In this document: piece by piece, positions 1 through 13,189 of the stretch
Layout of the letters: the number at the start of each line of letters is the position of its first letter
Numbering within the stretch: position 1 is the first letter of the stretch
Notes under the pieces: model-generated
Database searches by the model: none
The model's input: only the letters and a program-made list of their open reading frames with translations
What the model was told of the DNA's origin: nothing
Assembly (NCBI GenBank): GCA_044892525.1
Contig: CM097885.1
Coordinates: 31,064,001 to 31,128,000, forward strand
Source: Schmidtea polychroa
Lineage: Eukaryota
Direction of reading: 5' to 3'
Length of the DNA: 64,000 nt
Translations under genes and position numbers: made by a program

Positions 1-1529
1 ATAGTAATAGAAAAAGAAAAGAACGAACGAAAGAAAAGATGATATATTTGTAATATGTATTTGTGAATTTTTTTTGAAACGGTAAACAACCTCAAAAACA
101 TGCTCAATGCATAAAACGAAATTAAATTTTGCAAGAGTCTAAAATCATTCCGAACTTCCGGCATTTGTTTTATGTAAATACATCAAACAAATGGATTACT
201 TTAAATTATTATAAGTTTTGACAATAAGTTTATTTATATAACATAATTATTCACAAAATATGTTTATTACTTTAGAAAAATTAATTTTATCCAAAAAAAT
301 AAGTTTTTCGGTGGTCATAATTTTTCATAATATTCCATTTCTTGAATAATGATAATACTAAATTAACTTTGAAGAATATGAAAAAAAAATCAAAAGATCA
401 AATAATTATCAAAATCAAATCGTTTAATTTTTTTTATCTTTAGTTTTTAACCTGTTAACCGGACAGTGTCCTCCAAATTAGGAAACTTGCAGTGGAAGCG
501 CGCTTTTCCCCATAGACGCATTATCATGTCACGCCCGTTTCAACGCACCACAAATATTTTGAGGACGTTTTATGCATTATACCCTTAGTTACTACTATTT
601 ACTCGGCCGTATATATAGTTTAATATCATAATTTATATAAAATTTAGTGGTTCTATGCTATTTTATAATCACGGCTCACCCATTGTCAATAAATATATTT
701 TTGTAAATATTCCGTTGGATTTATTATACAACATATTATAACATCATTTTATGGACTCGTGGTTAAGAATCGCTAAACTAGACGACATTCTGATTCCGTT
801 TTCTAAGGATTCAACTCTTAAAATGATTAAAAATTGATAAAACATAGTTTCCATTTAATAAAAAGAATAATTATGTCGTTTGAAATGTTATATCAAAGTA
901 GAATATAAAATAATGTAAGAGTTGATTAATGACAAGCTGGATGTTAAAAGAAAATTTAGTGAAAAGATAATCTTCCAATCTATAAATGTTTGATGATTGT
1001 TAAAATGAAAGTTTTATAAATTTACAATAAACTATCTTAGGGATAAAAATTAATTTATATTTGTGTTTGTTATATAATGATTTTACTATATAACAGACGG
1101 AAGCAATTTTTAAAATTGAGTCAATGATTTTGAGTTGAGACTTTTATATTTTTATATATCATGTTGTTGATAAAACTTTGAAATATAACGATGACCAAAT
1201 GACTGATGACTGAAAGATTGATGATGGACTAGAATACAGATAACGGACTTCGCAATATGAATTTTACCAAACGACTGCCCCAAAAACACAACCTCTTAAT
1301 CGAATACCAAAAGATTTACCCACAAACTTCCCAGGAGAATATGAATGCCGAAAGATTGACGATTGCGCGAAAGAAGATTCATTTTCAGAAGCAGCCCTGT
1401 ACCTTAAATCATACAGGACTAGAGTGGCACCTATAAAGATATGGCTGAAGAAGTTTCTGGCATCACGCCGAAGCTAGTCCCTTTAAAAGAACCAATCTGT
1501 CTTTTCGAAGCAGATTTTTATTAAATAAA

Positions 1530-2519
1530 ATTTTATTAAATTGGCGATCCAGCTTAACGAAAGCACCGATGTCAGCAATAAAGCTTAGTTACTGTCATTT
1601 TTGAGATTTGTTCGAGGAGGAGTGATTATGAGTGATTATTTCTTTTGTCAAGAATTGAGACAAACAATAACTGGCGAGAACATTTTTGAAATAGCCGATA
1701 CAAATGTGAAAAAAAAACATTTGAAAATGGAAAAATTTTCTTAGTGTATGCACAGGTGAAGCTCCTGCCATGCAAGGCAGCAAAAAAGGATTCGTTTCTC
1801 ACGTTTTCAAGTAAAATAAAAGCGTCAAAATTGTTCATTGCATGATCCACAGAGAAGTTCTGGTTTCAAAGGCTCTTCCTTCAATTCTCAAAGATACTCT
1901 TAATGAAGTTGTCAGTGTGGTCAAGCAAGAAATCGGAGATACTTTGAAATCTTTGACAGAATCATTTTTTAAATACTTTCCCAATCTCAACGTTACTGAA
2001 AAAGAATGGGTTGTCAACCCATTTGCGGAGTGTGAGAAGCCATCAATATTGAAGAGGAGCTTGATGAAAACCTGATTGATTTGAGAAATGATTTGGTTTT
2101 CAAAAGATTCTTTGCAGAAAAAGAGCTGTCTGAGTTCTGGATATCTTTAAACAACAAATTTCCACGATTGAGTAGCAAAGTAATAGAATTATTGTTGCCA
2201 TTTGGAAGCTCTTTTCTTTGCGAGCAGGGCTTTTCGGCACTCACAGAAATGAAGTCAAAAAAGCGTGAGAGACTACAAATGATCGATTAAGAAATGCGTG
2301 TTTGTCTTTCGAAAATTAAGCCTCGCATCAACCATATTTGCGAGAAAAATCAATTTCAAATTTAGCATTGAACAAAAATAAAATTTAATTGTATACGATT
2401 CATTACTTGTAAATAAAAATTTATTCTAAGATTTTCAACCGTTGATCTTTTATATTGGAGTGCCTCGATAAAAAAATTAGCTTAGGGTGCCGCGATGCGA
2501 AAAAGGTTGCCGGGCACTG
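1530..2519 (+). mobile_element. Decayed hAT transposon of the Buster/Charlie (ZBED8/SCAND3/FAM200-like) group, 3' part with right TIR
   Basis: Broken frames give AIQLNESTDVS (DESTD motif), CTGEAPAMQG, HCMIHRE and the dimerisation motif FWISL...LLPFGSSFLCEQGFS. Ends in AAAAAGGTTGCCGGGCACTG (2519). Left end not found. Confidence 0.8.
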
Positions 2520-2529
2520 GCTTATATAA

Positions 2530-5381
2530 TAGGGTGGAGTGAAAAATTTTTTTTCTTAATATCTTGTTTGGATAGCTATAAAAACTTGGTAACACATGCA
2601 ATTAGTAATGTGGCAAACAATTAGACAATTTAAAGCATATCTTGAGGTTCCACAATTGACCTAAAGTATAGGCATATTTCGATAAAAAAGCAATAATCTT
2701 TAAAAAAAACATTTTTTTATAAGTAACATATTTATGTTATGGTTTAACTTTTTAACAGTCTGTACATAACATTACAAGTAATAAGAACCATATCTGTGAA
2801 GGGAAACCACATGCAAACTGTCTAACATGTTTTTATAACTACAAATGATGTTGGGCTTTGGTGTCCAGTTTTGGCATTTTCAATCTCGATTCCAAGCGTG
2901 CTCTAATGAATCCGTCGCGTTTTTCTGGACCACACACCATTTCGGATGCTTCTGTCACTAGCTTGATATGTCTCTCTACTGCCTGGGTGTGACAAGGATA
3001 GCGGGCGAAATCCAGTCTTGGCGTTTCTTCTTCCCGGATCATGGTTAACAAAGTATCTTCGTCAATGTCCACTACGATTGGAGGCTCTGTGATCGGAGTT
3101 TTCTGCCAATCGATCATGTCTATGTAGCTAGTAGCCTCAAAGTTGATTACTGGCACGCAGAAAGATCTAACTGAAGTCGTACGTTTCTGCTTTCTGGATT
3201 TCAGTATGCGTCGCAGAGCTAACTCGCGTATATCTGATCTTTCATCGGTAAGCATCGCAAGCAACAGATTTTCTGGATGACTAAAGAATGCGTTGCGTTG
3301 AATTACCGGGTCAACAACTTTCTTCAGCTCGTCTGTGAGGTAGCGTGATTTCAGTATCGTACTGTGGACATGTCGAGCGCCGTCTTTACACGAAGGGGTA
3401 TTCTTTATTTCAAACCATGCAGGTGCATAAACTGTTACGATGAAGGTAGCAAGCGTCTTTAGTTCATCCGACGGGCTTCTTGTGGCAACATACAGACGTA
3501 GTTTGCGATTAGCCGTGGTTAACCATCTCGAATGGTTGATAAGACCAGGATTGCGAAGTGAATGGTCGACAGGACAAATACCAACACTTACAGCAGTACA
3601 CAAATCGAACAGGTATTTCTGATCTGTACTTAAATCGTCGGAATTTGCACTTGACGGTAGAACACAGTTTATCGGCATGTAGTCAACGATGGGAAGCTTC
3701 TCACAATTCAACAATGACTTTCCAATGGGACCAGAAAATCCTTTTGGACCATTGGTAGGTACATCGAGATACTGAAACAAATGTCTTAACGGTAATTCGT
3801 TTGCATGCAACTGACATACGAACCACTGTAGCGGTCTGTGTAACGTCACTTCAAGTAATCGAATGATGCCTCCTCGAATGCCCGTATTAGTGGCTGTCCC
3901 ATCACAACCTATTGCTTTTATGCCACTCGTGTCAACATTTCTTTTATTCAAATATGCAATCAACTCAGCCGTGATAACTTTGCTTGACCCTGCAGTTGGT
4001 GTAATGTGACCGAAATATGTAGCTCCTGGTTCGGCTATAATCGATATATGTTCTTCAGTTATTATTTTCCGATGAAATTTACCATCGCATTCTTTAATTT
4101 GGGTCATTGTATTGTCTTTTCTGCCGTCAAAATATAACCCAGTGATTGTGTTACTGACTTCGGCACATAATGCGCCACGCTTATTACAACGTTCTCGACG
4201 CACTTTACTTCTGTCAATCACTTTAGAAACATCATGTTCGTGGATTATTCCAACATCTTGAAGAACAGCACTGGCGATTCCTGCTGCCGCCCTGTCGGAT
4301 ACGCCATGTCGATCACACGCTAAAGCCAACGACGGTAGCTTAACTCTCATCTGCTTGTCATTCAATTTTCGCTGTTGTTTAATTTGGCTTATACAATCGT
4401 CATCAGAGTCATCATCGCCGGTATCCATTTCCTCTTCCATTCCAGAAATCTCGCCACAGACATCCGACTGTTTATCACCGATGTCATCAATGGCAGATTT
4501 GGTACACATCTGCCTCTGTGTCGACTCTTTACGGATATACCGCTTTTGTAATATACTGGATTCAAACTCATCAACTCCAGCTATGATCATACAGCGTGAA
4601 CCCCGCTGATCTTCTAGAAAGTCACGTTCAATTGTGGGTATCTTTCTTGACTTCTCACAGTGACACTGAGACATACAAGAGAACTTGCAGGAGCAAATGT
4701 CAAAGAGTTTAATCGATTCATCTTTAAACTGCGATATTTTCTCTCTGTATGGTTCTGAGTCCTTCCTAGATTTATACGGCTTCAGCAATTTCATGAACGT
4801 CTTGTGGTACACGTTCAACATTTCATGAACACGGCGGTGGCTTACATGTGGTATGGAAGCTTTGTCCCATATTTGTTCTACTTTCATTGACACTGTTTCT
4901 GCCACGTTGCGATGTGAAGGATCTTTATTGTTCAATTCGCATTTCAGTCTCTGCTTTGTCAGGTTGTAGAATTTCATAACATCTGCATAAGTCGGTAGTT
5001 GATTGTCGGGCATCTCGGATGGACCACCAAAGATGACACAAGACACTTTCTTTCTGGTTACAGCCATTGCAACTCTAAAAAGGAAAACCAGAGGCATTTA
5101 AAATCCATAGTGTATGGGTGGCAAATATTTTGCTATTAAAAGTAATGAAAATATTATTTAAATGCCATCAATGACTTCAATAATATGTCAATAATAGCAA
5201 ATACATGATCGTTTTCTTATCAATGGTTACATTTTAAAGTTGGTTGTGGAACCTCAAGACATTATTTAAATTATTGTTTTTCTTTACAGAGTACTTCATT
5301 GGACCTCATAGCAAGTTTTTATAACTATCCAAAGTCTACTAAGTCAAAAAATTTTTTTTCGGTCATTTTCACTCCACCCTA
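2530..5381 (-). mobile_element. Complete hAT DNA transposon (hATm-type termini), 2852 bp
   Basis: 16-bp perfect TIR TAGGGTGGAGTGAAAA (2530) / TTTTCACTCCACCCTA (ends 5381). Perfect 8-bp TSD TTATATAA (2522-2529, 5382-5389). Imperfect subterminal inverted blocks (2571-2590 vs 5311-5330; 2641-2655 vs 5244-5258). Confidence 0.92.
2839..5067 (-). CDS. Intact hATm-type transposase (~742 aa)
   Basis: Uninterrupted ORF with FDGRKD, GCDGT, CQLH, HSRW and PCHTQAVER motifs. Second ATG (5067, MAVTRKK) preferred because a ttttcctttttag splice acceptor lies just upstream of it. Confidence 0.85.
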   Translation of the reverse strand: MAVTRKKVSCVIFGGPSEMPDNQLPTYADVMKFYNLTKQRLKCELNNKDPSHRNVAETVSMKVEQIWDKASIPHVSHRRVHEMLNVYHKTFMKLLKPYKSRKDSEPYREKISQFKDESIKLFDICSCKFSCMSQCHCEKSRKIPTIERDFLEDQRGSRCMIIAGVDEFESSILQKRYIRKESTQRQMCTKSAIDDIGDKQSDVCGEISGMEEEMDTGDDDSDDDCISQIKQQRKLNDKQMRVKLPSLALACDRHGVSDRAAAGIASAVLQDVGIIHEHDVSKVIDRSKVRRERCNKRGALCAEVSNTITGLYFDGRKDNTMTQIKECDGKFHRKIITEEHISIIAEPGATYFGHITPTAGSSKVITAELIAYLNKRNVDTSGIKAIGCDGTATNTGIRGGIIRLLEVTLHRPLQWFVCQLHANELPLRHLFQYLDVPTNGPKGFSGPIGKSLLNCEKLPIVDYMPINCVLPSSANSDDLSTDQKYLFDLCTAVSVGICPVDHSLRNPGLINHSRWLTTANRKLRLYVATRSPSDELKTLATFIVTVYAPAWFEIKNTPSCKDGARHVHSTILKSRYLTDELKKVVDPVIQRNAFFSHPENLLLAMLTDERSDIRELALRRILKSRKQKRTTSVRSFCVPVINFEATSYIDMIDWQKTPITEPPIVVDIDEDTLLTMIREEETPRLDFARYPCHTQAVERHIKLVTEASEMVCGPEKRDGFIRARLESRLKMPKLDTKAQHHL

Positions 5382-7657
5382 TTATATAATAATGAAATAG
5401 TACAAATCAATCTTGTACTGGCAAGTTAAAACCTGCACTTGCTATATCGTACGTAATTTTCATTTGAGGACAGTAGGAAAATATGGATTAAAAACAATTT
5501 AAGATTGAGAAATTCATTTTGACCAATTTGATAATCTTTTCTATAATTCTTCAAACATGTTCTTGCAAGACCCGATCAATCGTAATATATGTTTTTCGGC
5601 TTTTTATTGAATTATAAGACCTTCTATCAATTTTTACCTCTGATTTCTTTTCAATTGATATTGTACTTATTAAAAAATTGACTATGAATTTGTAAATATA
5701 TCGATGTTTTTTTTATATTAATGAATTTTCGGCACAACCTTTTTCTAGTGAAATTTTGTGCAACGGAAAATTAAACTGAAGCTACTAATAGCCTAAATAC
5801 GTTACATAGTGTAACTTATTTATAGATTCAAATCTACCGAAATCCACATATCAGATTATTCTGTTGTTTGTCAATTCTTCAAGTCGCATTTATATATTCC
5901 ACACCATAATTTGTCAACAATATTTGAATTACAGACTATTTATAATAAGTTATATCTTGAAAATATTATTTTCTAACTAATGAAAAGGTTATAAGAAAGT
6001 ATGTAAATACAAGTTCATTTAATCTTTTTGTTTAATTTATCATTCATTGTTATTTATTCTCCAATATTTATTACAAGATCATTTATGATTTTAAAGTCCA
6101 TCTTGTGATGTTAAAAAATTAAATAATCGTGAAAACAAAATCTGAAATATATGTGAGATTTAATTCAGAATCGTATTTTTACTATAAATAATAAACAGTT
6201 TTGCATTATTTCAGTTGTATAGCTTAATTTAATATCAGAAATGATTTGAGAAATATTTATCAACTTTGAAAATCAATAATTTCTTAAAAGTTTATATTTT
6301 CTTGTATAGAATTTAATTCTGTGTTTAACAAATAAAAGAACTTTTGTAAACTATCGAGTACATCACTGGGAAAAATGAAAAATTTTGAAAATCGATATTG
6401 ACCTGAAAATTCACATAGCAATTTGTTGAAAAATATAAAGTTTTCTTTTTTAAAATATGTGCCAAGATTTCAAATATTTAAACAACACGCATTACCCATA
6501 GAATAGTACAACTAGCAATCATCAACAAAAATCAGACTGTTTTCATTTATTTTATCAAATTTCTTTTAAATCTCGCGCCATTAATATAAATAACCCATAG
6601 CACTTTCTTTTGTGCGTCCAACTAGGGAAATTTATTTATTTATCTATTGGAATTGTTTGTTGATGTTTCTGGTTGAGTTGTTATATCAGAAGTTTGATTT
6701 TTTTCAAAAAGAATTGTTTTTTGTTTAAAATTTTAATAAATTGTTTATTTTCGGAAACATTTTATTATTGGAACATTATTTAATTGATATGTATTTATCT
6801 ACATAAAAGAAAAAACATATTGAAAGCGCCTTCTACCTAGTAGCCAGAAATAAGTTTTAAGCGTAATTCAAACTGATGATACCTTAAATTCTGATAAAAA
6901 AAGGTGAAAATGCAGGTGAAATGAATGTGAATGTTATTTCCAGAAACATTATAATTATCAACGTGATGAATGAAATAACCGAATCCGTTGATATTTTAAA
7001 TGATGATGAAATAAATGCCTACTCAAAGAAATAATAGCAGAAAGTTAAAAGTGAAATTGAATCAAATATGATACTAGAAAATTAACAGATATCAAATAAT
7101 ATAGTCTACTCATTCAAAAATTACCATATATAATATATATTATATCAATTTATTATATCAATATCGATTTAATTATTTATATATTTATGCTATTTCAAGA
7201 TATTTATTAATTTGTCATAATTGAAGTATTGAACTTTAATTATCTAAATTTATTTCTTATTTTAATCGTAATAATACATTTTATTCCATCACCCTGTGCA
7301 ACCAAAGATGTAGACAGGGCGAACTGAAAGCCACATTATTCAATATTGATGTAAGCAGTTATGATATATAGTTGAGAAAATGTAATTGAATTCAAATCAG
7401 TATTACTTATATATTGTTAAACCTACATTTTTCTATTTTCATTAACTACCTCGTCTGCATAAAATTGTATAATAATAATTATTATTATTATTCAAAAATT
7501 ATTTATATCAATATCGATTTAATTATTTATATATTTTTGCTCTTTATATAGATTTATGAATGTATATTTTTATCGAAATTTAGTTTTTAATTATTTACAT
7601 TTATTTTTTATTTTTATGGACCTCATATATATATATATATTTATAAAATCATAATTA

Positions 7658-8518
<861 letters not shown>

Positions 8519-9726
8519 CTAAAAACAAAATAAATCAAGTTTAAAAAATGATTTAATTTCATTAAAACAACACTTTCATTGTTTGGTTCACTTTTGATCT
8601 GTTTTGCTTTTTGCTTAATATTTCATTTACTTTCATTGCGACATATAATAAAATTTTCCTTTGTGTAACACAAATTTTCTGAACCGGCTCTTTCAAATGT
8701 TATTCTTATTTATTTATTAATTACAATTCAGGAAGACAGTATCTAAAATTTGTTACTTTTGGGGAAAATTGATTTATAGTCGTAATTTAAATGAAATGTT
8801 AAAATAATTATATAAATAAATAATATTATGCAATGACTTAAATATATTTTAAGTTATTAAAGTGTAAATTATTATTATTATAAATTAAAAATGATTTAAT
8901 TTTAGCGAATAGTTTTGATTGTAAGAAGTGTTTCTCAGAAAAGTAAAGATTTTTAGCCAAAAAATGAATTTATATAGTTAGAATTGTCCAGAAAGAAGTG
9001 TTTTTTGAAACCTTGAATTTGATTCTATTTAATAATCATCCATTTACCAGTCAACAATATTAATTTAGAATTATACTAAATGGATTAATTAAAACTAATA
9101 CTTTTCTGAGAGTGTTTCTTTATCATTCCGTCATTAAACGTAAATATTATGCTGATAATTTTTCAACGATCAATACTTTTTGTTATGTTGCTAAATCGAA
9201 ATACAGACACGCATGATTTCACATTGAGCTTACAATTAAATTTAATTGATTAGTCATAAGAAATTTTTTTTAATGATTTGAAATTGAATCTTCCGAATAT
9301 TGAACACGAATTATTAGGTGCTATGAGGTTTAATTCATTGTCATTCCTCTAATGGCTTTGAAAGTGAAATCATATATCGCGAAAAATGATAGAATTCTTT
9401 AGATAAAATGGACAATTTCTCACATATTTAAAATTACTTGATTAATCAAATTAAAACAAATTCCTACTTCAAAAATCTTTATTATTAACCCCTTTGCATA
9501 GTTTTAATAATTATAATTTAAATAAATATAAATACCATTTCTTATTACTGAAATATGTATATATAATAATGTACAGTAAAAATAATTATACAATTATATA
9601 ACAAAAAAAATTACTTTAGCTTTATATAAGTAATTTTTACAAAATCTTTATTTACATTTCTAAAAGTCTAATAAAAAAATCAAAATTGAAAATTAAACAC
9701 TTATTGTCATAGTGTTTAATCATCAA

Positions 9727-12700
9727 CAGGCCCGACGCTAGAGTATTTGGCGCCCTAGGCAAACTAAAAAAATGGCGCCTCTAGTCTAGAAACAAACCCA
9801 ATAATTAAAGAAGTAAATGAAAATAAAATAACTATACTTCATTTATTTATTACACAAAAATATATATAAAAACAAAAACCATTTAAAATTTAATTTTTCG
9901 TGCTTTTAGTTTAGCGAAATCTTCAAGCAGCAACTTCGTATCTATATCACGCGCCATTTCGTGTTCAATCGACAATATTGCTAATCCCACAAGCCGTTCT
10001 TGTGACATTGTAGATCTTATATATGTTTTGATCTGTTTAAGCTTCGAAAAGCTTCGTTCACCGTTTGCCACAGAAACTGGTAGGGTTAATAAAATTCGCA
10101 AAGCAACAAATATATTTGGAACGCTGTCCACTATATTATTTTTACAAATATAATTAAGTACATCTTCCGGCAATAAGTTTTTTGGAATATGTCTAGCTAT
10201 AAATATCAATTCGTTCAATAAATCTGTACCATCAATATCTTTAGAATCATCGTGCCGTAAAAAATTTTCCAGTTTAAGACAATCCTCTAATATTTTCTTT
10301 GACGAAATATATTGCAAATTATGTATGTTGTATAGAAATCCAAATGTTGAATTTATCGTTGACATTTGGGTGAATCTTTGCTCAACAGATTTTAAAGCTC
10401 TATCCAAAACTGCGAAGTAAAAGCTGATCTTAAATTTTTCTTTTGGGTTCTGAATGGGCTCATCGTTGGCTTCATATTCGAACTGTTTTTTTTGTTTTCT
10501 GATACGCTGAGTTTGTTTAAAGATTGGGGAAATTTCTGATTCTTCAGCAAGTTCTCGCGCATCTACCAATATTCTTTCAAAACCTTCATCATTTCGGGAG
10601 TTGAATAGAAATTTTTTGGTATCTTCTAGTAGCTTCATAGCATCTTGAATATTAATTTTCTCAGATTGAAGTTGTTTGCTTGTAATATTTATGTTGAAAA
10701 GAATATCATACCAGATAATAACAGAAACTACAAACTCGAAATTCGAAATAGCTTTAGCAAGGCCCTGTGCTTCTATACGTGAAGTATTACCAGAAACTCC
10801 TGTTTGAGAAGTATCTTGAAAAATATCAATAAGTGCAGCAATAACTTTACTTAGCTGATAGCGTAGAGGTTTAAGGGCATCGATTCGGCTCTCCCATCTT
10901 GTATCGCTCAATGGCTTCACTGTCAAGTTTGAAGCATGACGTTTTAAAACTTCCCATCGACGTGTTGAAGCGGCAAAATAGACATATATTCGTTGCACTA
11001 ACATAAAAAATGATGTAGCATCTAAACAACAGCTTACAGCGTCATTAACAACCAGATTCAAAGAATGCGCAGAACAAGGAACAAATAGTGCTCGTGGATT
11101 TAGATTCAGAATTCGCCGTTGCACGCCATTTTCTTTGCCTTTCATATTGCTACCATTATCGTATCCTTGGCCACGCAAGTTCTCAATAGGTAATGACATA
11201 TCTGCTAACATCTGAACGATTTCATCGGTCATACCAGCACCAGTTGTATCTGTTAGTTTCACAAATCCCAAAAAATGTTCTCTTATGCATATGGGATCTA
11301 AATCACAATTTTCTGTATTTGTATGGACAAAACGAATAATCAACGTCATTTGTTCAGTATGGCTAACGTCTGGTGTGCAATCCAGGATTATTGAAAAATA
11401 TTTAGCCATGGAAATCGATTTTAAAATTTTTGTTTTAATACTCTTAGATAAAAGTTGTATTAACTCATTCTGAATATCTTTTCCCAAATAATGAACTTGT
11501 GTTTCATTGTTCTTTATTCTGCGAAGATGCTCACCCATAATTGGATCAAAAGAGGCCAAATATTCTACAAAGCTAAGGAAGTTTCCATTTCCAGGAGAAT
11601 ACAATTTTTCATTGCTTCCGCGAAATGCAATATTTTGCGTAGCAAGCACTTTAACTAGACCTATAAGACGCTCTAAGACTTGTTGCCAGTGTCTCTCTTC
11701 TTGTTTTATGAGACGCAAATTATCCTGGTCAATAGTTTTATTCTTTTTTAAACGCAATTCTAGCTCCTTCCAAGTTTGAAAATTAATTAAATGATCCTTA
11801 TTTTTCTCATGTCTTTCTAAAATTACAGACATATTTTTCCAATCGCTTGATCCTTTATCGGAGAGATGTATTACACGCTGGTTATTATTAAAAATTTTGC
11901 AACAAAAGCAGAAAGCCGAATTAGTTGTTTTGGAATACTGTAGCCAATGACGCCGCATTTCTTCTCCATTTGCAAGTCTCCTTCTATAAAAATTCATTGA
12001 AAATTTTCTATGGCTCTCATTTTGAGGAAAATCAAATTCTTCAATTTGTTCTGGTCCGTGTTCAACCAAAATTTGCCTCAAACGGCCAGAACGTAAGTCA
12101 TGTGAATTTAACCAAGTTGCCGGATCACTATAATAAAGACTCGAATTTACGCTTTCTAATATTTCCAAAGTTTCATTAATTAAAATTTCTTCAGTGTCTT
12201 CTATAGTTTCTAATACAATTTCTTCTATAGGTTCTTCAACAGTTTCTTCAATTGTTTCAACTTCAGTTTCTTCTATAGTTTCTTCCACATTCGTATGTGG
12301 AAACTCAGTCAAAATAGGCACCTCTGCATTTCTAGTTGTAGAGTTCCTATCCATTTGCTCTTCCAAATTGCAGTATACTTGTTTTCTCGGAGTCATTTCA
12401 TTTCGATTTTTATCTTGTGATTGTTGACGACAAATATATTTCAGAAAAGCACCTTCTTGCTTTTTTTCTTCATTTTTCTTTTCAGCTTTACGTTTTCTAT
12501 TTTGTGCGCCAGATAATTTTTTTCTATCTGCCATTATGCTACCTCAAGTAAAAATTAATAGAATATAATAGATTTAATAATAGGTGTAGAAAAATCCAAT
12601 ATAAATTAAATTACTGTGTTGTATATATGTAAAAATTATACTGGAAGTACGACCGAAATTATATATACTTTAAATAAAAAAAATTTGAGCCCTGCACTAA

Positions 12701-13189
12701 TTAAATTTTATTTTTTTTTTCACTTTCTGTTTATTTATTTTTTAACTTTTTTAACATTTACTTTAGTCTTTTAAAACTTTACTGCATGTGACTTTATTCT
12801 TTTAAAATAAAACTAAAAATTATTGCGTAATTTAAAAAAATTTCAGAGCATGCTATATGCTAAATTTTTTTTAAAACCGCTTTTCAGTTAACTTTTTTGA
12901 ACTTGCAAAATATTTTTTTAAATCGATTTTCCGTTGTATTTTTTTAAATTTTAAAAGAAATAAGTAATCGGTATCGGACTAAAACAACGATGGAATTACA
13001 TGTTTTACGTACATACATATATATATATATATATATACAAATTCATACATATGTATATATCAATATAAAGATAGAAAGTTTATAAAATATTTAATTTACT
13101 TGATAAAAAAAGCAGAACTATTTGGCGCCCGCTTGTAAATCGGCGCCCTAGGCTGCTGCCGACGTCGCCTATGCCTAAAACCGGGCCTG
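9727..13189 (-). mobile_element. Complete hAT-Tip100-type transposon, 3463 bp, inside a USP7 intron
   Basis: Termini CAGGCCCG...CGGGCCTG, subterminal GGCGCC motifs at both ends, perfect 8-bp TSD ATCATCAA (9719-9726, 13190-13197). Confidence 0.93.
9883..12534 (-). CDS. Intact hAT-Tip100 (ZMYM1-like; TTF zinc finger/DUF4371/dimerisation domain) transposase, 883 aa
   Basis: WLQYS...FCFCCK zinc finger, AFRG, ILDCTPD, GQGYDNG, CSAH, TRW and GERSFSKLK motifs with no stops. Confidence 0.92.
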   Translation of the reverse strand: MADRKKLSGAQNRKRKAEKKNEEKKQEGAFLKYICRQQSQDKNRNEMTPRKQVYCNLEEQMDRNSTTRNAEVPILTEFPHTNVEETIEETEVETIEETVEEPIEEIVLETIEDTEEILINETLEILESVNSSLYYSDPATWLNSHDLRSGRLRQILVEHGPEQIEEFDFPQNESHRKFSMNFYRRRLANGEEMRRHWLQYSKTTNSAFCFCCKIFNNNQRVIHLSDKGSSDWKNMSVILERHEKNKDHLINFQTWKELELRLKKNKTIDQDNLRLIKQEERHWQQVLERLIGLVKVLATQNIAFRGSNEKLYSPGNGNFLSFVEYLASFDPIMGEHLRRIKNNETQVHYLGKDIQNELIQLLSKSIKTKILKSISMAKYFSIILDCTPDVSHTEQMTLIIRFVHTNTENCDLDPICIREHFLGFVKLTDTTGAGMTDEIVQMLADMSLPIENLRGQGYDNGSNMKGKENGVQRRILNLNPRALFVPCSAHSLNLVVNDAVSCCLDATSFFMLVQRIYVYFAASTRRWEVLKRHASNLTVKPLSDTRWESRIDALKPLRYQLSKVIAALIDIFQDTSQTGVSGNTSRIEAQGLAKAISNFEFVVSVIIWYDILFNINITSKQLQSEKINIQDAMKLLEDTKKFLFNSRNDEGFERILVDARELAEESEISPIFKQTQRIRKQKKQFEYEANDEPIQNPKEKFKISFYFAVLDRALKSVEQRFTQMSTINSTFGFLYNIHNLQYISSKKILEDCLKLENFLRHDDSKDIDGTDLLNELIFIARHIPKNLLPEDVLNYICKNNIVDSVPNIFVALRILLTLPVSVANGERSFSKLKQIKTYIRSTMSQERLVGLAILSIEHEMARDIDTKLLLEDFAKLKARKIKF

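Noticed and set aside
3440..4609. Short ORFs antisense or out of frame to the transposases, USP7 and pol
   Set aside because: Shadow ORFs of real coding sequence with no motifs of their own.
1..7600. Next USP7 exon (expected DY..E.L.GDNKY)
   Set aside because: Searched by eye on the minus strand and not found; presumably outside the window.
7110..7620. Diverged ~130-bp direct repeat (7112-7270 vs 7490-7620)
   Set aside because: Low-complexity AT-rich local duplication with no functional hallmark.
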